Positions 1 to 14,399 of a stretch of DNA of 64,000 nucleotides are shown in pieces. Both the position numbers and the translations under genes were made by a program. This DNA is from the human T2T-CHM13v2.0 reference genome, Homo sapiens. The stretch covers positions 15,936,001 to 16,000,000 of the forward strand of contig CP068257.2 of the NCBI GenBank assembly GCA_009914755.4, written 5' to 3'. The notes under the pieces were generated by a model that worked only from the letters and a program-made list of their open reading frames with translations, searched no databases and had not been told where the DNA came from. Within the stretch, counting starts at the first letter, position 1; each line of letters opens with the position of its first letter.

Positions 1-72
1 TCAAACTCTTGGGCTCAAGTGATCCTCCTGCCTTAGCCTCCCAAAGAGCTGGGATTATAGGCATGAACCATC
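1..72 (-). mobile_element. Alu fragment (left-monomer part, truncated by window edge)
   Basis: The reverse complement matches the Alu 5' region: ...ggcctcccaaag.gctgggattataggcatgaaccatc. Confidence 0.8.
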
Positions 73-593
73 TTGCTAGGTCACAAACTTGTTTTTAATT
101 TAACAATTGCTCTCAGGTCATTCTGTATTTCCCTTTGTATCTATTATCTTTGGTACAAAGCAAGCTTTTTTTCTCCCAAAACTGTATAGTGTTACATCAA
201 AGTGATACACTATAACGTATATAATCAGTTTCCAATTGATGGTCATTTAAATTAATCCCATCCTTTTGGTATAACAAGTAAAATTACAATCAATATATAT
301 GTATATATGTCATTTTGTGTATGTATAAATATATCTTTAAAATAAATTTCTAAAAGGAGCAAATGAGTAAAGAATATTTTGATAGATACTATTAAAACAG
401 CATCCTAAGTGTTGTGGCAGCTTATGCTTTCAATATATGAGAGTGTTTATCCCCTGAAAATCTTCACCATACTTTTATCCAACTTCTTGATCTTTCCTGA
501 CCTCAGGAGAAAATTATCACATGGTTTAAAAGTCTACCTCTCTTTCAATTTGCTCAGTTGAGCATCTTTTTCTTTGTTTAAAAACATTTGTAG

Positions 594-885
594 GACCAGA
601 CACGGTGGCTCACACCGGTAATCTCAGCACTTTGGGAGGCTGAGGTAGGAGGATCACTTGAGGCCAGGAGTTCAAGACCAGCCAGGGCAACATAGTTGAG
701 ACCCTATCTCCACAAAAAATAAAAAATTAGCTGGATGTGGTGGCATGTGCCTGTAGTCCCAGCTACTCAGGAGGCTGAGGTGGGAGGATCACTTGAGCCC
801 AGAAGATTGAGGCTGCAGTGAGCTCTGACACCACTGCACTCCAGCCTGGGTGACAAAGCTAGACTCTGTCTCAAAAAAAAAAAAA
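594..885 (+). mobile_element. Alu (full-length, AluS-like)
   Basis: Starts ggaccagacacggtggctcacacc, contains the A-rich linker, and ends gactctgtctc plus poly-A. Confidence 0.9.
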
Positions 886-948
886 TTATATTTTTGAGAA
901 TTCCATTTTTCCTTTGTACTAGTAGTCTGCTAATTTGGAGGAGTTTGT

Positions 949-1324
949 TTGTTTGTTTGTTTGTTTGTTTGTTTGTTTTGACGGCGTTTCACTCTTCGTT
1001 GCCCAGGCTGGAGTGCAGTGGCACAATCTCGGCTCACTGCAACCTCTGCCCTCCCGGGTTCAAGTGATTCTCCTGTCTCAGCCTCCTGAGTGGCTGGGAT
1101 TACAGGCACCTGCCACCATTTCCTAAGGCCACATAGCTAGGAGTGGAATCTAGGTCTCCTGATTCCTGGTCTAGCCGAACACACCCAGGTAATTTTTGTA
1201 TTTTTAGCAGAGACAAGGTTTCACCATGTAGGCCAGGCTGGTCTCGAACTGCTAACCGCAGGTGATGCACCCGCCTTGGCCTCCCAAAGTGCTAGGATTA
1301 CAGGCATGAGCCACCGCAGCCCGC
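949..1324 (-). mobile_element. Alu with (GTTT)n tail, split by a ~65-bp non-Alu (MIR-core-like) insert at 1118-1182
   Basis: The tail is (gttt)n at 949-981. The right monomer spans 982-1117 and the linker plus left monomer span 1183-1324. The intervening 1118-1182 (tttcctaaggccacatagctaggagtggaatctaggtctcc...) does not match Alu. Confidence 0.75.
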
Positions 1325-2464
1325 TGGAGGAGCTTTTAAATATTAATAATATTAGTTCTTTGTGATTTGACCCGCAACTTTTCCCCTCAAGTTATCTGAC
1401 TGTTTGTATTTGCCCTTTTATGGCTATGTAATCTTAATCCTTCCTAAGTCCCACAGAGAAGCCATTTCCAAACCATTCTGGTTCAACCTGACTTATCTCT
1501 CCCTCCTTGAAATTGTACCCTCACTGGGAGCTCAGGGTCACCTGTCTTTTCATGTGTTTATCTCCTATCTCTAAGCAGATGTCAGAGTTCTGAAAGGCAG
1601 AAACATCTTTACATCTAACTGTTCAACACATAAACTCTCAGTAATCTTTGCTGATGATAATAATTGTAGCAGCTCTGGCTGTGTTCATATCAAGCCATTG
1701 CTGCATGTATCGCCATAACAGTGTGTCTCCTTGATTTATCTTTGGTTTCTTCAAGTTGTCGGAATTTTTGCCAAGAGCAGTTTTATGGAATCAGCACAAA
1801 CTAATGAAGAAAGTGAGTTATCTTGCATTTGAAAAGATGTGTCTAGGTTACATCTTAGGTCAGCTGTCACACACTATCCCAAGTTCAATGTTGGCTGCTG
1901 GCACTGTGCTCTTTTAATGTTTCTAAGTAAGACATCTTCTCACATAGTCCCAGAACTGTCAACAATGAGATAATTTTTTGGGAACAGGAGAATGACCTTG
2001 CGATTCTGGGAGGAGAGAACGTGATAGAAAAGATATCAGTGACTGCAATTTGCAACCTGTTGGGAAATCATAGTCCTCTAACATTCACCAGTCTTTTAAT
2101 CTGACAAGGAGGGGACATTTTATGTGTTCACAGAAACGAGAGAACACAAAGTAAAATTAAACAATTACATGAGAGGAACCATAATCTCTGCCTTCTCAAG
2201 TAAAAGATACTATCTGCTGTGTTCGGGACATGATAAAGATGTGCTATATAGTAGACCAGGAGAGCTTTATGAATGTATGTATATATAGATTTGGTTTAAA
2301 CTTCTTGTAATGTTATGGGCAAAAGATTTGTGGTACAGTTAAGTGAAGAAATTTACATAGCAGTTAAAGTTCTGCAAAAAACAGAAACGTCCATAGGCTG
2401 TTTTAAATGTTAAAATAAAAACCTTTAAATGTCTATAGTAGTCATAGGAAAGATATACCAAATT

Positions 2465-2643
2465 TTAAGAGATTAACTTGGGGTGGTTGTTTTTCAGATT
2501 TTCTCCAACATATATGTATAACTGTTGTACATCATCCATTTTAGTATCAGAGCAATACTTGAAATACGCTACCATCTCATCCAAAATAGCCATCAGATGA
2601 TTTGGCCATGCTGACACACACTCGAAAATCCACTTTGCTCCCC
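2465..2643 (-). CDS. Candidate coding segment (unidentified): ...GAKWIFECVSAWPNHLMAILDEMVAYFKYCSDTKMDDVQQLYIYVGENLKNNHPKLIS*
   Basis: A minus-strand frame stays open behind an acceptor-like ..cactgataccag|G and ends at a TAA stop at 2465-2467. The amino-acid composition looks protein-like. It was not listed in the ORF track because it lacks an ATG. Confidence 0.25.
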
Positions 2644-3154
2644 CTGGTATCAGTGAACAGACATATTTTAATGATTAAATACCCAAATGTTAACTAAGAA
2701 ATAAATGTATAATCCTCTCTTTGAGTTTGCTCAAAGGCTGAGGAAGAAGAGAGAAATATCTTAAAGAGATTTTTAAAATTCAGCACTATCCTAATGATCA
2801 CATGGGATTCCTTTTTGGACCCTTTCTTTGAGGACAGTTTACCAGAAAGACCTCATTATGATCTGGTCCCATCTCTGTTAAAATTAGCTTGTAATGGATC
2901 TACAAGGCTGCCTACGGGTGTAGTAACCTCACACAGAATGGATCTTAACCTCCTTCCTTCCTTTTGTTGCTATGTTAGAAAGGGATCCATTATAGCCACA
3001 AGTTAGTGCTTTCGAGGCTTGCATACATAGGACATGCTTATTCCTGGGTTTGTGTGTTTGTGTGTGTATGTGTATGCAATCAACTCAGGTGGGAAAGATT
3101 TGTGCTTACTCATGATTTAAGATAAATGGAAGGATTCTGTTAGAAGAAGTAAAT

Positions 3155-3335
3155 GTAATGGTTAAGAGTTTGGACTCTGGAGTTAGAGGTTATCCTGGCT
3201 CAGCCACTGAACAAATGAAGAACAAACTGTATAGACCTCAAGAACATACATGAGATAATCCATGTAAAGCACCTAGTCCAGCGTTTGGCTGGTATGAAGC
3301 CATCAATAAATGATGATTTTTAATTAAAGACGTAG
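3155..3335 (+). mobile_element. MIR SINE fragment
   Basis: Matches MIR: gttaagagtttggactctggagttag...gagataatccatgtaaagcacctagtcc..caataaatg. Confidence 0.7.
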
Positions 3336-3345
3336 CTTTGGCTTT

Positions 3346-3492
3346 TTATTTATTTTGGTCTGTAACAGCGATGTGAAGATCATCTTCTAAGGAAAGAGCG
3401 TATTGTAGTGCAGGGTGGTTCACGTACACATCATCGTGCCATCCTGCATTCACAAGTTTGGTTATTCTGTCTTGCAAACGTTCAAATGGTTC
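3346..3492 (-). CDS. Candidate coding segment (unidentified): EPFERLQDRITKLVNAGWHDDVYVNHPALQYALSLEDDLHIAVTDQNK*
   Basis: A 48-codon open frame on the minus strand ends at a TAA stop at 3346-3348. It is protein-like and retains 5 CpGs in an otherwise CpG-poor region. Confidence 0.2.
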   Translation of the reverse strand, partial: EPFERLQDRITKLVNAGWHDDVYVNHPALQYALSLEDDLHIAVTDQNK

Positions 3493-3564
3493 CTAATGTA
3501 TTTGGACATCTTACTATTATTAAGGTCTTGCGATTCTGAAAGTTTTAAAAAGTCCTGCCCCTAG

Positions 3565-3861
<297 letters not shown>

Positions 3862-4535
3862 CTCAAATAACAAAACTGACTTTATATTTTCATGTTACAG
3901 TCTCTTTAAACAAAGTTCAAAAATTTTAAATACATTTTCATTTTCAATCAGTATATTTTATCACTTCTTCTTTAGAAGTGGTTGATGGATGATTTATAAG
4001 ATGCAAAAACAATGTTTGTTTTTTTCCATAGAGTTTAGTAAAACAAAATCACACTGTTTTTCCATTGAATTTTGTGGCTTTACTTATTAAATTAACTCTG
4101 AAAAATGTATTGTCTATATTTTTTATGTGTGAATTCATAAAGTTGGTAGTTCTGAGATTAACTTGGCTGTTTATTTCTGGACTTTAAATGAATACTCCTG
4201 ACCAACATCTGACATTGATATGCATTGAGATATATGATTGAAAAGATATTTCTGAAAGAGATTTGTAGCTTAAAATCTAGTAATAAAGATTTGTTAAATC
4301 AATTACAGCACATACATATGAGTACCATGAAACTATAAAAAATCATGTTTTAGGAAAAAAACAATGGCGTAAGAAAACATTCCATGTTTTCGAATTGTGT
4401 GACCATAAAATGAACATATTTCATATCATAATACAACAGTATAGGAGTATATAAAGTAAAAGCTCCCCCATCCATTAAACTATTAATAGTGGTTTTCGAT
4501 TCCAATGATCTGTCTTTGTGCTTCTGGGTGTTTAA

Positions 4536-4828
<293 letters not shown>

Positions 4829-5344
4829 GTTTTAATTCTTTTCTTAAATGAACAATACTACTTTTATTAACAGAAAAATAATTATAGTAAAGAAATGTTT
4901 TGTATAATAACTATGACATAATTCATTAAAATTCTCCATTACCAGTGACAGTTTTTACATGTAGACCCATAGGAAAAGAAGTGATTTAAGCTATAACCAC
5001 TAACACTTTTCATGTAGAAGCTAGATTATTCTTTGCGAATATAGTATTTAGCTAAGCTGGAAAGGGAAATCTGATGCCCTCTTGTGGCCAGGAATTTTTA
5101 TAGGCGATTTATTCCTTTTCATCTGGTCTAAATATGGTCTCAATTTATAGTTCCCTCGTCATTAGTGTGCCATTGTCTTATCTTTTAATATTTTTAGCCA
5201 TTTGTGTTTCTTTATTGATTTGGCCTTACTAAATGATTTACTTTAATTATATACAGACCCTTTTTGTATATAGTGACATTAATTCATTTTCTTTTACACA
5301 TTTTGTGAAAATTTAAAATTTTTTCCCCATTCCAAATGGCCTGT

Positions 5345-5455
5345 CTTCCAATATTTCCCAAAGCTAAAGTTTATATATATATATACAAAATGTGTGTATA
5401 TATATATATAATGTGTATATATATATATATAATATATATTATATATGTATAATCC
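5345..5455. repeat. Complex (TA)n / (TATATG)n microsatellite
   Basis: Visible as tatatatatatacaaaatgtgtgtatatatatatataatgtgtatatatatatat... Confidence 0.9.
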
Positions 5456-5495
5456 TTCCATATTTCCTCTCAGTTCTTTTATTTATTTTTATTCT

Positions 5496-5606
5496 TGGTA
5501 AAGATGGGGTCTCACTTTGTTGCCTAAGTTGGTCTCAAACTTCTGGCCTCAAGCAGTTCTCCTACCTTGGCCTCCCAAAGTGCTGAGATTACAGGTGTGA
5601 GTCAGC
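5496..5606 (-). mobile_element. Alu fragment
   Basis: Contains gatggggtctcactttgttgcc...ggcctcccaaagtgctgagattacaggtgtgagtcagcc. Confidence 0.75.
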
Positions 5607-5733
5607 CTCTTCTCAGTACTCCTATAGTTTCATAACTTACGTGATTTCTTTAATATATTTGGAATCTATTTTTATGGTTTGAAGTAGGGGGTTAATTTTT
5701 AAAAATGGATAGCCAAATACCTATTAATTTTTG

Positions 5734-7576
<1,843 letters not shown>

Positions 7577-10194
7577 CTATTAATTTTTGATTAGTGGATT
7601 CTTCATCTTTAATTTGAAAAGCCCCATTCACCAAACTTCTGTATATAAATGTTTCTGGTTCTGGATCTGTAATTCTGTTTCACTGGTGAATTAGTTTATT
7701 CCTATGTTATACTTCAGAGTATGTATTAATAAATAATGTAAAAGGAAAAATACTCTCTGCTCATTGTTTTACTTAAAACAATTCTTGGTAATTCTTGAAA
7801 TTTACTCTTCCATGTAAACTTAAAATCAGGCTTTCTAGTTACATAAAATTTTGCTGGGATTTTAAAATTATGATTTCTATTGACTTTATGTATTAATTTG
7901 TAGAAAAGTAAAGCTTTTATAATATCAGGTCCATTTAAAAATGATATATTCTTCTATTCAGTTTTTGTCTTTCACCAAATTTTAATAATTTTCTTCTCTA
8001 TAGGACTCACTCCTTTTTGTTGTTGTTAAAGTTTATTTCCAGGTATTTAATAAATTTTCTTTCACTTTTCTTTTTTGCATCCCTCTACTCCCTAATACTT
8101 TTTCTTAATAATGGGGTTTTCTCCCACCAAATACTATATTTAACATTTTTCTCATGAATATTATCATATTATATATAATGGGAACACTGGAGGAAACTAT
8201 GCACTATTGCTACCCCATTATAAGTATTTACTATTTCAGAATATTTCCTTGTAGACACAGTATGATTACAAACATAAAACTGTAGCCACATTGCAATTGT
8301 TTAATTCAGAAATACAACAGATTGTCCACAAAACATACAATTTGATTATCACTGATGGCAGCATTTGCATCTGCTAAAAATAAATCCATTGAACTTGTCT
8401 TAAAGCCCTTTGAGAAAGTGTCTTTTTACCCTCCAGTTACAAAGTAATAATGCTCAATATAAAAATTTAAAGATCAAAATGTTGAAAGTAGAAAAATAAT
8501 ATTCTCTGTATTTGTCCCATTCCCCGCCTCTGAGAACACTAACTACCATTAACAATTTTTTGCCCCCAGACAATACTAGCACCATTCTAGGCATACCATT
8601 TTTTTTTTATTCTACTCTTTTTTAATGGCTACATGGTATTTTCCACAGCATTTCCTTGAACAGATGTTCAAATTTTATTAAACTGTTCATCTATTGGTGG
8701 CTACTTGGGCTTTTGTTATTTTTGCCACCCAAAACAATTTTGCAGTGAACACTTATTACGTAGGTAATGGTCCTCGTTTGAGTACTTCTGTAGATAAATT
8801 TCTAGAAGTACGTACAATTGCTTGATCAAGGGATATATACTTCAAGAAGGTGTAACTGCCCTCCTCTTTAAGCCTCTAGTAACACTGTAAGAGACTGCTT
8901 CCCCTACACCCTCACCAATATTGGGCATTATTAATTTTGATTCCCAAAATAAATGTTTTAATTTGTATTTAGTGTTCATATATTTATTGGTCATAACACT
9001 AATATTATACACAGAAATGATCCATTAAACCTCTAGTCTAGATAGAAATGTGTTTCACCCATATTCCCTATGGATTTATATTTTATAAATTTTATATATG
9101 TATACACACAAATAAACATTTTTTAGCCATGGCATTGCTGTCTAAATCATAATTAGTATTTTTAAGTCCTATGAAATTTAAACACAAAGTCTCCCATGAT
9201 TATGTTTCTTAACTTTTATGGAAGAAATTTTTGTAGCTAGGTATTTTTTTTTTTTTTGATAGGAGAAACAAATTCAGTACTTTTATTTGTGCTGATTGTG
9301 TGCTTTACAGAATAAACATCAAACTACCCTAATTGCAGTGATGTATCTGCTACAAGTCTTAATGGTGAATTTGTTTTTGATAAGGGTTAAACATGCTTCC
9401 ACTTTTGTCCTTATGTTACCCTTAAAAGTATACATGAAAGAACAAAGGAACATAGAAGATGGACTAATGCTATTAAATTTGGAAGTGGGTGATGGTTTCT
9501 GCAATGAATAAAATGTACATATTTTAAAGAGGAATTGCATGAGCCTTCCCTTGTGCTCATGAGTGCTTGTGTGACAACTTCGCAGTACGAGTCAATGCCA
9601 TAAAGTGCCATATGCAATGCAGGGATATTGTTGTGTTTCCGTAAGAGCCTCACAATGTTATTGCTTCATCCATTGCAATAGATTCCAGAGTATATGAAGA
9701 AATTTGGCACAAAGTTTACTAACGTTGTACACTCTGTTAAATTGCCAAGTAACTGATAAGTAAGAAAAAAAAGTTAAAGACTGTGACAGACTTGGGAATT
9801 ACTACTCATTATGTGTGATCTTTCCATGTAACAAGTCATTGGTACAGTTTGCTTTGTCATCTCAGTCTTCACTCTACTGGGTTGTACTGTTTATTGCAAT
9901 TTAATTTCTATTTCCAGCAATAAAATTACTATCAGATGATCAGCCAGCTCCCTCTTCAGATATATCTGAGTAGTTTGTAACAAGAAACTTGGCCAAAGAT
10001 TTATTAGTGGTTAATCAATAGATACTTTAATGTCTTATATTCTCATTAATTTACCTTCGCACTGGTTCCTTTTTTTAAAAAAAATCTTGGTCTGATAATG
10101 AACCTTCTTACAAGTTTCAAGATTTGGTAGATTTTATAGGTAACAAAATGAATCTGATGGCAAGGTACCATGGCATGGGCCTTAAAAAAGCCCA

Positions 10195-10330
10195 GCTGGG
10201 TTTTAAGTCAGAGCTTCATTATTTAGTTTTCTGTGATCTTGGGCATTTTTAACTTCTCTGGAATCCTTATCTAACTGGGATGATAATGGTACATACCCCC
10301 TGAGGCTGTGATGATTAAATAAGTTGTTGC
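10195..10330 (+). mobile_element. MIR-like SINE fragment
   Basis: Matches the MIR 3' region: ...tagttttctgtgatcttgggca...tctaactgggatgataatggtacatacc...gtgatgattaaataag. Confidence 0.5.
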
Positions 10331-11229
10331 CATGTAGTAATAAAAATTAAAAAAATTATTTACTATTATCTGTAAAATGGACAGAATGGCTACACAATAA
10401 ACTGTACATGGTAGGTGTTTGTATTTTTCCCTCTTCCTAATCATAAAATAAGAAATTAACACATACCTCTGTTAGCTGAGAAGTCAACATAAATGCTTTA
10501 TTATCTTAACTTGGAACCACAGAAGTTTACTAAAAAGTTAAATACTTTGAGATAAATATTATACTAATAAACCAGAAATAAGCACTGCTTTAGTATTAAT
10601 GTGATAGAACTTACTAAAACTTTTTTTTTCAAATATCCAAGTTTAACCTATGAAATTTAGAGCTTTGCAGTTATGCCTACAAATACAAAAATAAAATGGA
10701 GAATTTAAACAAATTATTGTTCAGTGATAAACCACTCCTGCTTGAAATAGCCCGATAAGGCTTTCAAGCTGAAATTATGTAGTCATGTTTTAAGAGCCAC
10801 CTTGGAGTTGTCTAAGGGAGACAAACTTAAGAGAACAAAGCACCTAGAGTCATAATTACTACTAAAAAAGGGTTTGGCAAACTTTTGTACCCCATGCTTG
10901 CTAGAACTTAAGACCCAGTTGCTGAGTGACAGTTTTATTTCATTAGGAATAGATTGGAAAAGCCATATTTATGAGAGCTTTCTTTTGCTCTAAATAAGTT
11001 TCAGGACAAGGTGGAGGATGGGTAGTCGAAACACTGGCAGAATCTTCTATGAGTAGTAACATCTACCTGTATGCAGTTGAATTCAAAACTAGTGGTTTCC
11101 CCAAGAGGCCCTGTCATTTAATCGTCAGAACTAATTAAGGAGATTTTGTAGTAACGTGGAATGTTCTGGCTACTAGGTATGTGCCAAAAATAACACTTCC
11201 TTCTTTACACTATTATGCTTCTGATTTTC

Positions 11230-11480
11230 CCAACAAACCTATATAGTCATCCCTCAGTATCCTTGGAGGATTTGTTCCAGGACCCTCCTGGATACCAAAA
11301 TCCTCAGATGCTCAAGTGCCTTATATAAAATGGCTTCGTATTTGCATATAACCTATGTACATCCTTTAAATCTAGATAATACCTAATGCAATGTAGTTAT
11401 ATTTTAAAATTTGTATTTTTTAATTTTTGAGTATTTTCCATACATGGTTAAATACAGATGAAAAACCTACAGATGAGGAC
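11230..11480. mobile_element. Ancient MER-type repeat (probably DNA-transposon-derived; family uncertain)
   Basis: Matches the common repeat ccctcagtatcc.tgg.ggattggttccaggaccc.c.ggataccaaaatc....gatgctcaagtcccttatataaaatgg..tagtatttgcatataacctatg. Confidence 0.5.
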
Positions 11481-13112
11481 CAATTTGCTCATAAGCAAAG
11501 CAATAAATAAATTCTGTCTGCTAACTTCATGATAAAAATACTTGAAACTTTCCAACTTTACGCCAATCACCTACAAATCTGTCATTATCACCACAAAACT
11601 CTCAAGGACCCATAAGGAAGCAGTGTGATGACTCTGAAAGTAATTTTTTTTTCCTTTTTTTCTTTCAATAACTTTGGTTAAAAAAAATTGATAAAACGCA
11701 TCTCCCTTGTGACACTAATAAACAAACATGCTCATGTTTGAATAGGCAGTCACTAGATTTCAGGAAAAGAGTAGATATGGTTTAGAGAGATGTTAAAATT
11801 GTGTATGGCTTAAAGAGTACAATATTAAAGCTAGAAAAGTCTCTAAGGTTTAAAAATGAGTTTTCTGAAGTTGCAAACTTTAAAAACTGACTTTACATTT
11901 TCATACTATTGAGCTATACCTTTATGATTTGTGCAGTTTTGTATTTCAACAGAATTTATCTTCCTAAAAATAACAATAATTTGTGGAATAGCCATGGCCA
12001 TTCAATGATTTATTAGCAAGTTGTGATTTTTCTGGTAAGTCAAATAATTTAAGACTGCAAATTTAAAGATGAAGGTGATGGAAAAAGTATTGCTGATCTT
12101 AGTTTTTAAAAATTTACCTTTGGAGAAAAATCAAAACTCTTATAGAGATATCTCTTTTTTTCTTTTTGTAGTTCAAGTACCCTTACAAGACTGATGGAAT
12201 TACAGTTGTATAAATATGGACTACTGAAGAATCTGAAGTATTGTATTATTTGACTTTATTTTAGGCCTCTAGTAAAGACTTAAATGTTTTTTAAAAAAAG
12301 CACAAGGCACAGAGATTAGAGCAGCTGTAAGAACACATCTACTTTATGCAATGGCATTAGACATGTAAGTCAGATGTCATGTCAAAATTAGTACGAGCCA
12401 AATTCTTTGTTAAAAAACCCTATGTATAGTGACACTGATAGTTAAAAGATGTTTTATTATATTTTCAATAACTACCACTAACAAATTTTTAACTTTTCAT
12501 ATGCATATTCTGATATGTGGTCTTTTAGGAAAAGTATGGTTAATAGTTGATTTTTCAAAGGAAATTTTAAAATTCTTACGTTCTGTTTAATGTTTTTGCT
12601 ATTTAGTTAAATACATTGAAGGGAAATACCCGTTCTTTTCCCCTTTTATGCACACAACAGAAACACGCGTTGTCATGCCTCAAACTATTTTTTATTTGCA
12701 ACTACATGATTTCACACAATTCTCTTAAACAACGACATAAAATAGATTTCCTTGTATATAAATAACTTACATACGCTCCATAAAGTAAATTCTCAAAGGT
12801 GCTAGAACAAATCGTCCACTTCTACAGTGTTCTCGTATCCAACAGAGTTGATGCACAATATATAAATACTCAAGTCCAATATTAAAAACTTAGGCACTTG
12901 ACTAACTTTAATAAAATTTCTCAAACTATATCAATATCTAAAGTGCATATATTTTTTAAGAAAGATTATTCTCAATAACTTCTATAAAAATAAGTTTGAT
13001 GGTTTGGCCCATCTAACTTCACTACTATTAGTAAGAACTTTTAACTTTTAATGTGTAGTAAGGTTTATTCTACCTTTTTCTCAACATGACACCAACACAA
13101 TCAAAAACGAAG

Positions 13113-13352
13113 TTAGTGAGGTGCTAACATGTGAGGATTAATCCAGTGATTCCGGTCACAATGCATTCCAGGAGGAGGTACCCATGTCACTGGAATTGGG
13201 CGATATGGTTTATTTTTTCTTCCCTGATTTGGATAACCAAATGGAACAGGAGGAGGATAGTGATTCTGATGGCCATTCCCTCGATACATTCCTGGCTTTT
13301 TTCTGGGCAAAGGGTGCCACATTGGAAGAGGTGGAAATATAAGTTCTGAAAT
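13113..13352 (-). CDS. Terminal coding exon of unidentified gene: ISELIFPPLPMWHPLPRKKPGMYRGNGHQNHYPPPVPFGYPNQGRKNKPYRPIPVTWVPPPGMHCDRNHWINPHMLAPH*
   Basis: The acceptor on the minus strand is strong (tgttctcttccctacag|ATTTCAG). The frame is open in phase 0, continuing the upstream exon at 17632-17839, and ends at a TAA stop at 13113-13115. This is part of listed ORF 13113-13370. Confidence 0.55.
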   Translation of the reverse strand: MSELIFPPLPMWHPLPRKKPGMYRGNGHQNHYPPPVPFGYPNQGRKNKPYRPIPVTWVPPPGMHCDRNHWINPHMLAPH

Positions 13353-13714
13353 CTGTAGGGAAGAGAACACATTAAGTTAATTCAAAGGAAAAAATCATCA
13401 TCTATGTTCCAGATTTCTCATTAAAGACAAAGTTACCCACAACACTGAGATCACATCTAAGTGACACTCCTATTGTCAGGTCTAAATACATTAAAAACCT
13501 CATGTGTAATAGGCGTATAATGTATAACAGGTGACCAATGTTTTCTGAATGCATAAAGAAATGAATAAACTCAAACACAGTACTTCCTAAACAACTTCAA
13601 CCAAAAAAGACCAAAACATGGAACGAATGGAAGCTTGTAAGGACATGCTTGTTTTAGTCCAGTGGTTTCCACAGCTGGCTAAGCCAGGAGTCACTTGGAG
13701 GCTTTTAAATACAA

Positions 13715-14033
13715 AACATTGGAGCTGGAGGCCATTATCCTTAGCAAACTAATGCAGAAACAGAAAATCAACTACCGCATGTTCTCACTTATAAGTGGGA
13801 GGTAATGATAAGAACTTATGAACACAAAGAAGGAAACAATAGACATTGGAGTCTATTTGAGAGGGGAGGGTGGGAGAAGGAAAAGGAGCAGAAAAGATAA
13901 CTATTGAGTACTGGGCTTCACACCTGGGTGATGAAATAATATGTACAACAAATCCCTGTGACACATGTTTACCTATGGAACAAACCTTCATGTGTATCCC
14001 TAAACCTAAAATAAAAGTTAAAAAAAAAAAAAG
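13715..14033 (+). mobile_element. L1 3' end fragment (older primate L1, L1PB/L1MA-like) with poly-A
   Basis: Sense-strand end of L1 ORF2 (..ccgcatgttctcacttataagtgggag) followed by a 3'UTR ending ..aaacctaaaataaaagtt(a)n. Confidence 0.8.
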
Positions 14034-14399
14034 ATAAACACAAAACATTCATGCCCTAGCACTGGTCTAATGAACAATAATAAAATCTCAGAACTAGAGG
14101 CCAGGTATTTTGACAAAGCTCCCCAGGTGATTCTGATGTAGCCAGTTTAGTATTTGGGAATAATAGTTTTAGATTATCCCATAAATCAGGTGGGCACGTC
14201 AGGTTCACATTATTCAAAGTGTTCTTATCAGCAGTTTTAGACCTCTCTGCTTAGAATGCCACATCTTCTTAAATTTCTGATTTTGCTGATCTCAAATCTG
14301 CATTTCTAAGTATAGGATTTTTTTAAAAAAATTATATTGTGTATAGCATTGCATTCATGATAGAAAATTCAAAAAGTACAAAAGGGTAAACTGTGGAAA

